A stretch of 64,000 nucleotides of DNA from Clostridia bacterium. GTDB lineage: Bacteria; Bacillota; Clostridia; Oscillospirales; CAG-272. The notes beneath the pieces are model-generated. The model saw only the letters and a list, made by a program, of their open reading frames with translations. It had not been told where the DNA came from and did no database searches. Both the position numbers and the translations under genes were made by a program. Where the stretch lies: NCBI GenBank assembly GCA_017465885.1, contig JAFTVG010000027.1:52799-116798 (forward strand), read 5' to 3'. Shown here one piece after another: positions 52,849 through 60,864 of the stretch (positions within the stretch are counted from its first letter, which is position 1; each line of letters opens with the position of its first letter).

Positions 52849-55619
52849 TGTTTATCCTCCATTAACTTTTGATACATCTTCATCAGCTCCGCAACACAAG
52901 TGCTTTCCGTCATAGTCTTCACGTCGAAGCCATACGCCTGCATTACGGCGCGGTCATTTGCTTGATGTGCCTTGCGGAGTTCGGGTGGCATAGCAACTTC
53001 ATCATAAAGGTCTGCCAAAGAACAATCGGGATAGAGTGCGCGTGCGTCAAGAATAGCCAGTGCTGTTTCCTCAATCTTCTTTTTCTGTTCGGCGGTAGGA
53101 TTGCACCAAGGAAAGTTGTTATACACAACTGAACCACTATATCTATATCTCATCTCTAAGCGACCGGCAACAGTTCTCATCCAAGCATTGTGAACATTAG
53201 ATGTTAACACACCAAAATGATATAACGTTGCGCCACAAATAATTGCACACGCGTCAGAGGCAATCACCTCTGGCTCCATAAATCCTATTGGTATATATTT
53301 TCTGTTTTCAGATGAATGTCTTGGTATGATAAGATAGTTTTCGTCTGTTTGCGGTGTTGAAAAGAAAAGATATGGTTTCTCGGCTGATTTACGTGTTGGC
53401 TCAGCAGAGCTATTCTCTCTAAACTGTTTAATCGCAAGCAACCTTTTAGCAATTTCCTTGTTTTTTCTATACAGTGCAGGAGATACGCCTTTTAACCACA
53501 AACAATATCTTTCAATATCGTTATTTAAAAAATCTTTTGCTCCTACATAACGTCTAATGCACGGTGCTACAGCTGGATCATTAGCGACAAGCGCATCTCT
53601 TTCTTCTTTGGAGAGTATGAAATTTCCATCATCTGTAGGTTGGTTTCCTTTTGTCATCTTAGGAACATCGCAAATCGGCTTACTTCTACTTGTTACAAAA
53701 ACAGTTGGCGCATTTATTAAATAGCCGTTGATATTATCAACGAATTGAAAATGATCGCCATCGAACAATTTTTTCTTTCCCAAATTTTCTTCAACACTAA
53801 ATCCAACGATTACACAGTGAACATGGGCTTTAAGGTTAGCTTCACTGTCCCAACGAAAAGTTCTATAAGCAAAGTTTATATGAATGCCATAATGAGTAAA
53901 CAAAGTTTCCCAAAGAGGTGATACCTGCTCACCTTGTGTAATACTGTTGGTTGATACTAATGCTACTCTTACATTGGTTCCTTGTATCAATTTTGCTGCT
54001 TTATGATACCAAGCACCCACGTAGTCAATACTATTGGATAATTTAATTTTTCCAAAAATTGCTACTGCGTCATCCTTTTGTTCTTTTGTCATCATAGATG
54101 CACCAACGAAAGGCGGATTACCCATAATGTAATTCAGCTTGTCCTTGGGTACAACAGTTTCCCAATCGGTACGAAGAGCGTTGCCTTCTACAATGTTGGC
54201 ATAAGATTTCAAGGGAAGAAAATCGAGGGACATATTTACAATGTCCTCTGTCTCTTTGAGCATCTGGCTTTCTGCAATCCAAAGCGCAGTTTTCGCAACG
54301 GTTACGGCAAAGTCATTGATCTCAATGCCATAAAATTGCCCGATTGATACTTTAATAAAGCCTTCGAAGCCAAGCAAAATCTGCCCTTGGTTTATAATTT
54401 CAAGTGCTTCGTTCTCCAAACGGCGCAAGGAGATATAAGTTTCGGTTAAGAAGTTACCGGAACCACAGGCGGGATCAAAGAATGTAAGCTTAGACAGCTT
54501 TTCACGGAATGCTTCTGCTTTATCGTTGCGAATCTTGGGGACTTTCAATGCCTTGATCTCTGCAAGCTCCTCGCGGAGTTCATCCAGGAACAGCGGATCA
54601 ATAACCTTATGGATGTTCTCAATAGAGGTATAGTGCATACCGCCGCTACGACGGGTTTCGGGGTTCAAGGTGCTTTCAAATACTGCGCCGAAGATGGTGG
54701 GGCTGATCTGCGACCAATCAAAATCTTCACTTGCATTGTGCAGGAGCAGGTCAACAATATCCTGCGTCATGTTGGGAATTTCAATATTTTCGTCAGCAAA
54801 CAAGCCACCATTGACGTAAGGAAATGCTGCCAAAGCGGCATCTATATAAGGATCACGCTCTTCGGTTTTGGTATCGAGCACACGGAAAAGGTCAATGAGT
54901 GCACGGCGCACATCTTTCACGTTAAAGCTCTTTATGTAATTATGGAATTTCAGATGACCGCCGAAAATGCCTGCGTCCTCTGCATAAAGGCAGAATACAA
55001 GACGGACACAAAGCATATTCAAGCTGCGCAGAGTTTCCTCACTGTCGGGATGAATGTACTGCTTCAAAATTGCATCGTACAACTTGCCGACAAGCTCACC
55101 GGCTTTGATGGAGATCTGTTCTTCACGGTGCAGAAGCTCGCTCTTTTCTTCCACAAGAAACTGCAGGCGATAATACTCTTTACCGAGGTCCTTCAGCAAA
55201 ATACTTTCCGGCTCACCGGTGGGCTTCTCCATGTCGTAAATAAGGAACTCTTCAAAATTACAGGTGATGATCCAACGTGGACGCTGCGAATAAGGCAGTG
55301 CCGCCGAATATCTCTGCGCTTGTTGAAAGGGATTGAGCAAAGTACCATCCGATTGACGAATGGGGCTACGCAAATTGAGTCCCTTCTTTTTCTGCTCAAT
55401 GAGCACATGGGTAGAAGGGATATGACCGTCAATAAAGCTTGTGTGGTCCAGCTTTACACGTTCCTCAAACAATATAAACTTTTCGGGTTCCGCAACGCCT
55501 AAAACGTCACGGGCAAGAGAAAGCCAAAAAGATTGGCTGTCGCTTTTTTCGTCACCACGGTCTTTCCAATATTCCGCAAAAGCCTTTGCGGCTCTTTTTC
55601 TATCTGTATCTGTCATCAT
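52845..55619 (-). CDS. MmeI-family type IIL restriction-modification enzyme (fused nuclease-methyltransferase-TRD)
   Basis: 924 aa from ATG 55619 (RBS AGGAGA). The track start at 55637 is a TTG. The N-terminus has FIDGHIPSTHVLIEQKK (D-x10-ExK, as in the MmeI nuclease). AdoMet motif I is FFDPACGSGNFL. Catalytic motif IV is IMGNPPFVG. The size and order match MmeI-like enzymes. Confidence 0.85.
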   Translation of the reverse strand: MMTDTDRKRAAKAFAEYWKDRGDEKSDSQSFWLSLARDVLGVAEPEKFILFEERVKLDHTSFIDGHIPSTHVLIEQKKKGLNLRSPIRQSDGTLLNPFQQAQRYSAALPYSQRPRWIITCNFEEFLIYDMEKPTGEPESILLKDLGKEYYRLQFLVEEKSELLHREEQISIKAGELVGKLYDAILKQYIHPDSEETLRSLNMLCVRLVFCLYAEDAGIFGGHLKFHNYIKSFNVKDVRRALIDLFRVLDTKTEERDPYIDAALAAFPYVNGGLFADENIEIPNMTQDIVDLLLHNASEDFDWSQISPTIFGAVFESTLNPETRRSGGMHYTSIENIHKVIDPLFLDELREELAEIKALKVPKIRNDKAEAFREKLSKLTFFDPACGSGNFLTETYISLRRLENEALEIINQGQILLGFEGFIKVSIGQFYGIEINDFAVTVAKTALWIAESQMLKETEDIVNMSLDFLPLKSYANIVEGNALRTDWETVVPKDKLNYIMGNPPFVGASMMTKEQKDDAVAIFGKIKLSNSIDYVGAWYHKAAKLIQGTNVRVALVSTNSITQGEQVSPLWETLFTHYGIHINFAYRTFRWDSEANLKAHVHCVIVGFSVEENLGKKKLFDGDHFQFVDNINGYLINAPTVFVTSRSKPICDVPKMTKGNQPTDDGNFILSKEERDALVANDPAVAPCIRRYVGAKDFLNNDIERYCLWLKGVSPALYRKNKEIAKRLLAIKQFRENSSAEPTRKSAEKPYLFFSTPQTDENYLIIPRHSSENRKYIPIGFMEPEVIASDACAIICGATLYHFGVLTSNVHNAWMRTVAGRLEMRYRYSGSVVYNNFPWCNPTAEQKKKIEETALAILDARALYPDCSLADLYDEVAMPPELRKAHQANDRAVMQAYGFDVKTMTESTCVAELMKMYQKLMEDKQ

Positions 55620-55633
55620 AATATCTCCTATAA

Positions 55634-56581
55634 TCAAAATGCGCTTTCTTCTTCAACGAAGCCGGTAATGTGTCTAAGTTGAGAAAACACGGGGACTTTC
55701 TTCTCGTACTTAACTTCTTTTCTAAAATATATTTTAGAACGAAATTCTTCAATTCTATCGGACACATCGTCAAACTTCCTTTGATATACAGTGGTCCACT
55801 CACTACCGTCTTTTTGAGTAGTTTCGGTTGCAAAAAAGAAATCATTGAGATCCAAAACCTTTTTGCAACATACACCAAAACTGCCTTTTCCGTCCTTTAT
55901 CATATTAAAATGAAATACTTCTAATTTGATTTTATTTAGATATTCTTGGAGCTTGGAATAAATCGACTCAAAAGCAATGAGGCGGATCTTTTTGTTGTCG
56001 AAAAGGAAATCTAAATTGCCATACGCATTTGATAAATCCTCCAAATCGATTTTTGATGCGGCAATATACATATCCATATATTTCGTAAATATATTGCTAT
56101 AGTTTTCAATACGTTCATTATAAATTCGAATCAAGATTGATTCGATATCATCACTCTCGGAGAAGGACATTGGTTCATTTTCTTGCATCCAAGCAATGTA
56201 GGCATCACGTTTTTTATGAACCGCCTCGACCCCTAATGCTTTAGCAGTTTCGCCGTCACATTTTTCCCACAGTTTGTTATGCTGTTCTTCTGATATACAA
56301 TCCAATATCAATACTTGAGGCTCATCCAATTTCAGAAATTTAATTTTTCTGAGTTGCACATAAACTTTATATGCAGCTCTTAAAAAATCTTCCATTGCCC
56401 TCCTGCGTTCTGCAAAGTATTCTATCAATGACATAATAAATCCAAGCAACGCGCTACCGAAGATTGCCATTGAAATATCGTACATGAGCTTAATGCAAAA
56501 ACAATTTGCAATTATAGCACAGATTAACGAAACAGCAGAAATTCCGGCGGTGATAAAAGTTACCCATTTTTTTGCTTTCAT
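55634..56581 (-). CDS. 2-TM membrane protein with long helical cytoplasmic domain (paralogous architecture A)
   Basis: The start is trimmed to ATG 56581 (MKAKKWVTF...). TM1 FITAGISAVSLICAIIANCFCI, a short loop, TM2 MAIFGSALLGFIMSLIEYF, then ~250 aa. Very AT-rich. Confidence 0.7.
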   Translation of the reverse strand: MKAKKWVTFITAGISAVSLICAIIANCFCIKLMYDISMAIFGSALLGFIMSLIEYFAERRRAMEDFLRAAYKVYVQLRKIKFLKLDEPQVLILDCISEEQHNKLWEKCDGETAKALGVEAVHKKRDAYIAWMQENEPMSFSESDDIESILIRIYNERIENYSNIFTKYMDMYIAASKIDLEDLSNAYGNLDFLFDNKKIRLIAFESIYSKLQEYLNKIKLEVFHFNMIKDGKGSFGVCCKKVLDLNDFFFATETTQKDGSEWTTVYQRKFDDVSDRIEEFRSKIYFRKEVKYEKKVPVFSQLRHITGFVEEESAF

Positions 56582-56594
56582 ACTCTGAATCCTT

Positions 56595-56801
56595 TCATTT
56601 AGCAGATTTGTCAGCTGCTTTGCCGCTCTTAATCCATGCGTCAACTTCGCTTGTCTTAAACTTCCAACTACGCCCCACCTTGCTTGCGGGCATCTTCTTT
56701 TCATTGATCCAAGTGAGCAGGGTGTCACGGCTTACACCAAGATACTCACACATTTCTTTGGTGGAACACCAACGTTCGGGCATATTTTTTAAATCTCGCA
56801 T
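56595..56801 (-). CDS. excisionase-family / HTH_17-type DNA-binding protein
   Basis: 68 aa. WCSTKEMCEYLGVSRDTLLTWINEKKMPASKVGRSWKFKTSEVDAWI is the MerR-like excisionase HTH. RBS GGAGAGG. It is the first gene inside the right end of the element. Confidence 0.8.
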   Translation of the reverse strand: MRDLKNMPERWCSTKEMCEYLGVSRDTLLTWINEKKMPASKVGRSWKFKTSEVDAWIKSGKAADKSAK

Positions 56802-56837
56802 GATAAACCTCTCCGTTTATACAATTTTACATAGTAT

Positions 56838-56866
56838 ATTATATCATATTTTCTTGCTTTTTTCAA
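56838..56866 (-). promoter_or_regulatory. candidate promoter (TTGAAA-17-TGaTATAAT) of the HTH-2TM-MmeI operon
   Basis: Minus strand: TTGAAA (complement of 56861-56866) - 17 nt - TATAAT (complement of 56838-56843) with an upstream TGA, ~37 nt before ATG 56801. Confidence 0.65.
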
Positions 56867-57023
56867 CGGGTTATTGCGGAATTGTGCGGAGTTAAATCGA
56901 AATTATTTGTAAAATGCCGAATTTGATTTGACTATTGACATTTTTTAAAACAAAAAAGCCATAGTACAGAACTCAAATAAATTCTATACTATGGCTTTTC
57001 GCTTCTCTCAATCGGTTGTTTTA

Positions 57024-57038
57024 GATAACATCCTTATT
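57024..57038. repeat. right terminal inverted repeat of the element
   Basis: GATAACATCCTTATT, matching 14/15 to the complement of 38853-38867. Confidence 0.7.
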
Positions 57039-57160
57039 AAGAGTCACCCATCGGGCTTCTTTTTTTTTTATTCAAGCAGCGGGGGCGTAGCAAGCACGCC
57101 GCGCTTTGTGGGGTGCGGGCTTTTATCATATCAGCCTTGGTACGGATTTTCCTTGCTTGA

Positions 57161-57415
57161 TCAAGAGACGAAAATGGTGATCTCTGTGCCTTGTTCATTT
57201 TTTTTCTGCACCTCGATCAGCTTCCATTCGGGATGGGTTGATGCATATTTCCTTGTTTTCCGAAAGAGAATGCGCAGCTGCTTATAGGACAGGCTTACGC
57301 CCTCTTTTTTCAACCTTTTTGAAAGAAGAAGGGCAGACGGTCCGTTGAGCAAAAGAGCGTTTGGCAGGCGCAGACGTAGGCGTTTTTTGCCGTTTTCGCG
57401 TAGGATGATCTGCAT
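57161..57415 (-). CDS. small basic protein, paralogous to the C-terminal domain of the upstream XRE regulator
   Basis: 84 aa, 3 nt after the XRE stop. QIILRENGKKRLRLRLPNALL and KLIEVQ...EITIFV align with RIIVNSADGDRIRVNLPLQLL and DLVEVE...VIQIRV of the neighbour. Confidence 0.6.
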   Translation of the reverse strand: MQIILRENGKKRLRLRLPNALLLNGPSALLLSKRLKKEGVSLSYKQLRILFRKTRKYASTHPEWKLIEVQKKNEQGTEITIFVS

Positions 57416-57418
57416 CGC

Positions 57419-57919
57419 TCACTCCACCCGGATTTGGATAACGTCCCCGTCTGAGGACTCCACCTCCACCAGATCTCCGATAACGCCCTGCGCGAGGATC
57501 GCCATAACCTGCTCCCAGTTAACCTGCTCCAGCGCCGAATTTCCCGAGATACGGGGTGGCTCCAGCCCGCAATCCATTGCCGTTTTGAGTAGCTGAAGGG
57601 GAAGATTGACCCTTATTCGATCCCCGTCGGCGGAGTTCACGATGATCCGCAATACGCGATCCCCCGTGTTTTGGCGCTCTTCCTCGGGAAGCATCCTTAC
57701 GGCAGCCTCCTGCGCCTGCTTTCCGCTGAGCAGCTCGTCCGTACTGACGCCAAGAACCTTTGAAAGCTGTGGCAACAGGCTGATATCGGGGCAGGTCTGA
57801 TCGTTTTCCCATTTGCTGACCGCTTGACCACTGACGTTCAACCGATCTGCCAGCTCCTCTTGGGTAAGTCCCTTGCTTTTTCGCAGTTCTGCGATTCTTT
57901 TTCCGATCGTTTCGTTCAT
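57419..57919 (-). CDS. XRE-family HTH regulator with C-terminal domain
   Basis: The start is trimmed to ATG 57919 (MNETIGKRIAELRKSKGLTQEELADRLNVSGQAVSKWENDQ, RBS AAAGGAGA). Confidence 0.85.
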   Translation of the reverse strand: MNETIGKRIAELRKSKGLTQEELADRLNVSGQAVSKWENDQTCPDISLLPQLSKVLGVSTDELLSGKQAQEAAVRMLPEEERQNTGDRVLRIIVNSADGDRIRVNLPLQLLKTAMDCGLEPPRISGNSALEQVNWEQVMAILAQGVIGDLVEVESSDGDVIQIRVE

Positions 57920-58089
57920 TTCCCTTGTCTCCTTTCGTTTGGTAGATCCATTATACCTGCTTTTTTTGAAAAATGGAATAGATTGTCGGTTGGATATGGG
58001 GGATTTTGTCCAACCAAAGTGGGAATATTCACTCAACCGTCGGTTGGACGAGCAATCTTACGGCAATGAAAGCGGTAAAGATCTTTTCT

Positions 58090-58155
58090 AAAAAAGCTCC
58101 CGCATTTTCTTGCTCTCCCAAAGGGAGCAGGAATGCGGGAGCTTCTATATTTTTA
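58090..58155. terminator. hairpin terminator between the 365-aa gene and the XRE upstream region
   Basis: GCTCCCGCATT (58096-58106) pairs with AATGCGGGAGC (58132-58142). It is flanked by an A-run and a T-rich tract. Confidence 0.6.
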
Positions 58156-59250
58156 AGGGTTAAAAAACTGCCCTCCCGTGACGCTGACCCTCAAAAGGGC
58201 GGGATTGAGCACGTCCACCGTTTTGCCGTTATAAAGCAGGGTGAGCGTTTGTCCGTCGATATACCAGCCGTGGCAGAGGGCGTTTCCTCCCTGACCGGGC
58301 TGGCGGTGCAGGATGTCCAGATCGGGGCTCTCTCCGCCGTCGATGTTGGCGGTGACGTAGTTGACGATCCCTTCTTTGTCGGTGATCCTGTGGAATACCG
58401 TCAGGCTTTCTCCGTTTTGACGGTCAAAGTTCAGACTTTTACATTCCTCCACGAACTCGCCGCCTCCCGCGATGACGGTGTAGTAGAGCACCAAACTCAG
58501 GGTCGTTTCGCTTTGGTAAAAGCGCACCGTGATCTCCGCGTCGATCGGCCCGAGGAAGCCGCTGTAATTCTTTCGGTAGTTGTTTTTGATGGAGTTGACC
58601 AGACTCTCCACGCCGTTTTTGATGCCCTCGTTGACTGCCTGCTCTACAGCGGTACTCTCGGGCACCACCACCGCAGGCAGGTAATATTTCAGTGTGCAGG
58701 CGTTGCCAAGCTCCTCTTTTACCGTTTCACTTCTGTATTCCTCCTGACGGACAGCCTGCAAATAGGGTTCGGGGAGGGGCTCGGGCTCCCTTGAGGGCTC
58801 AACGGTGGGATCTTCTGAGGGAGAGGGCACCGTGGGCAGGTCGGGGGAGGGGGAAGGTGAGGGCAGGGGGTCTGCCGAGGGGGAGGAGAGGGGGGCGGAG
58901 TCTGCCGAAGGCAGCTTGGAGAAGGGCGACGCAGGCAGAGAGGAAAGCGTGCCGTCCGAGGGGGAGGCGGAAGGCTGTTGATCGGTGGTCTTGTCCGCAC
59001 CCATCAGGTGAGGGATTGCAAAGCAGAGGAGTATGGCGGCAAGCAGGAGGGTGATGAGCAAAAGCAGGATCGTTGCCCCCGAAAGCCCCTTCTTTTCGGG
59101 AGGGGGCGGGGTCCTTCTTGCTCTCGGCTTTGCCGTCGTGCCGCTTTTGGGACGGGAGGTGCCGCTTGCCGTCCTCCTTTGGGTTGTGGATCGGGAGCTT
59201 GCCGTGTTCTTTTTCACGGCAGGCTTTTTTGGTGTGTTCGTTTCTTTCAT
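58153..59250 (-). CDS. membrane-anchored protein with Pro/Ser-rich linker and C-terminal globular domain, function unknown
   Basis: 365 aa. Basic N-terminal tail, one TM (ATILLLLITLLLAAILLCFAI), ~90 aa of P/S-rich low complexity, then a ~190-aa domain. Confidence 0.65.
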   Translation of the reverse strand: MKETNTPKKPAVKKNTASSRSTTQRRTASGTSRPKSGTTAKPRARRTPPPPEKKGLSGATILLLLITLLLAAILLCFAIPHLMGADKTTDQQPSASPSDGTLSSLPASPFSKLPSADSAPLSSPSADPLPSPSPSPDLPTVPSPSEDPTVEPSREPEPLPEPYLQAVRQEEYRSETVKEELGNACTLKYYLPAVVVPESTAVEQAVNEGIKNGVESLVNSIKNNYRKNYSGFLGPIDAEITVRFYQSETTLSLVLYYTVIAGGGEFVEECKSLNFDRQNGESLTVFHRITDKEGIVNYVTANIDGGESPDLDILHRQPGQGGNALCHGWYIDGQTLTLLYNGKTVDVLNPALLRVSVTGGQFFNP

Positions 59251-59265
59251 ATTGTCCTTTCCGCA

Positions 59266-60828
59266 TTAAAGCATGGGCTCAAAAAGCCGCATTGCCGAAA
59301 CGAAGAACCGCAGAGGTGCGGGCTGTTTCTTGATGTTTTCGGGGCGAAGCTCTCTGCAACGCTCAAGGGTAGATAAAAAGTCCTTTTTCACCTGCAAAAC
59401 GGCGTCTGTGCCAAAGCAAAGTGCACCGCATTCATAGTGCAGATAGAGGCTTCTGTAATCCAAATTGGTGGTTCCCACCGAGCAGACGGTGTCGTCGCAC
59501 ACGAAATTCTTGCTGTGGATGAAGCCGGGCAGGTATTCATAGATGCGCACGCCCGCCTCTGACAGCTCCTTATAGTAGGAGCGGGAGATCACGTGCACCA
59601 CTGCGTGGTCGCCGTGATAAGGGGTGATGAGACGGACGTCCACGCCGCTCTTTGCGGCGATCTGCAGAGCGCTGAGGATGTCATCGCCCGGGATCAGGTA
59701 GGGGGAGGTGATATAAAGATAGTCGCGGGCAGAATTGATCAGAGCAAGATAGAGCTCCTTAATGCAGTTGCTTTCAAGAAGGGGGGAATCGGCGTAGGGA
59801 ATGACAAAGCCGGGGGCTTGCTCTGCGGCGGTATGGTCAAAAAAGAGGGTGGGGTCGGGGTCAACCTTGTGGTTGGTATACCACATTTCAAGGAAAAAGC
59901 GGGTGAACTGCGCCGCCGCCCGTCCCTCTATACGGATGCCGCTGTCAAGCCAATGACCGAAGCGGTCGTACTGATTGATGTACTCATCGGACAGATTGAT
60001 GCCGCCCGTATAGGCGATCCTGCCGTCGATGGATACGATCTTGCGGTGATCTCGGTTGTTTTGCATGGTGGAGATCAGGGGGACGAACTTTTGAAAGACC
60101 TTGGCTTCGATCCCCTTTTCCTTCAGCCTTTTGCAGTATCCTGCGGGCAGGGTCTTTAGCGACCCCATGCCGTCGTAAAGGATGCGGACGACCACGCCTT
60201 CTTTTGCCTTTTGCTCCAAGATCTCTAAGATGCTGTCCCACATCACCCCTTCATGGATGATGAAAAACTCTAAAAAGATGAATTTTTCGGCAGAGCACAG
60301 ATCCTCCAAAAGGCGCTTGTGATAGCGCTCGCCGCTTTCAAGAAAGTCGGTATCGGTGGCGGCAAAGGAAGGAAAGCCCTCGCTTAAGAGATAGTGGGGC
60401 AGGGTTGAAAAATTTTTCAACTCGTTTTTTGGGGGGAGGTGCTTGGGGGGCAGATCGCTTTGCAGAAGTGCGCGGTTGCTTTTGATGCGGGCAAGGGCAA
60501 TGCGGTGCATATTTCGGCTGCGGGCAAGCAGGTAAAAGCTGCCGCCTGCCGCAGGAAAGAGCAGGATGGGCACAGCCCAGGCAAGCTTATATGCCGTGGG
60601 GCATTTGCGGTTGATGATGGTGAGCACTACTGCGATGCTGACCATATAGAAAAAGACGTAAGCTCCCGCATAATAGATGCTCTCCCCCGAGCGCAGGAAC
60701 AGACCCATATACATCAGGATCAACAGCAAAAACTGCACGAGCAACAGAAGAATGACGATCACCATCGTGGAGAGAAAATAACGGATCGCCTTGGGGCTGG
60801 TATAGGATTTGTGTTTGCTTTTTGCCAT
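59266..60828 (-). CDS. cls: cardiolipin synthase
   Basis: 520 aa. N-terminal TMs and two PLD HKD motifs (NRDHRKIVSIDGRIAYTGGINL and IHSKNFVCDDTVCSVGTTNLD). Confidence 0.92.
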   Translation of the reverse strand: MAKSKHKSYTSPKAIRYFLSTMVIVILLLLVQFLLLILMYMGLFLRSGESIYYAGAYVFFYMVSIAVVLTIINRKCPTAYKLAWAVPILLFPAAGGSFYLLARSRNMHRIALARIKSNRALLQSDLPPKHLPPKNELKNFSTLPHYLLSEGFPSFAATDTDFLESGERYHKRLLEDLCSAEKFIFLEFFIIHEGVMWDSILEILEQKAKEGVVVRILYDGMGSLKTLPAGYCKRLKEKGIEAKVFQKFVPLISTMQNNRDHRKIVSIDGRIAYTGGINLSDEYINQYDRFGHWLDSGIRIEGRAAAQFTRFFLEMWYTNHKVDPDPTLFFDHTAAEQAPGFVIPYADSPLLESNCIKELYLALINSARDYLYITSPYLIPGDDILSALQIAAKSGVDVRLITPYHGDHAVVHVISRSYYKELSEAGVRIYEYLPGFIHSKNFVCDDTVCSVGTTNLDYRSLYLHYECGALCFGTDAVLQVKKDFLSTLERCRELRPENIKKQPAPLRFFVSAMRLFEPML

Positions 60829-60864
60829 GATGTCTGCTCCTTTCGTGAATTTGAAATTATAAAA

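Noticed and set aside
54609-55502. 297-aa plus-strand ORF
   Set aside because: It is antisense to the MmeI-family gene, and no independent signals support it.
52845-55619. Considered a BREX PglX methyltransferase or a type I/III RM subunit
   Set aside because: No PglZ, BrxC, BrxL, HsdR, HsdS or Res genes are nearby. The size (~924 aa), the N-terminal D-x10-ExK motif and the domain order fit a stand-alone MmeI-type enzyme.
58719-59376. Several overlapping 90-155-aa ORFs in both strands over the Pro/Ser-rich region
   Set aside because: They are alternative-frame artefacts of the low-complexity GC-rich linker of the 365-aa membrane-anchored protein, which has a proper start, TM and C-terminal domain.
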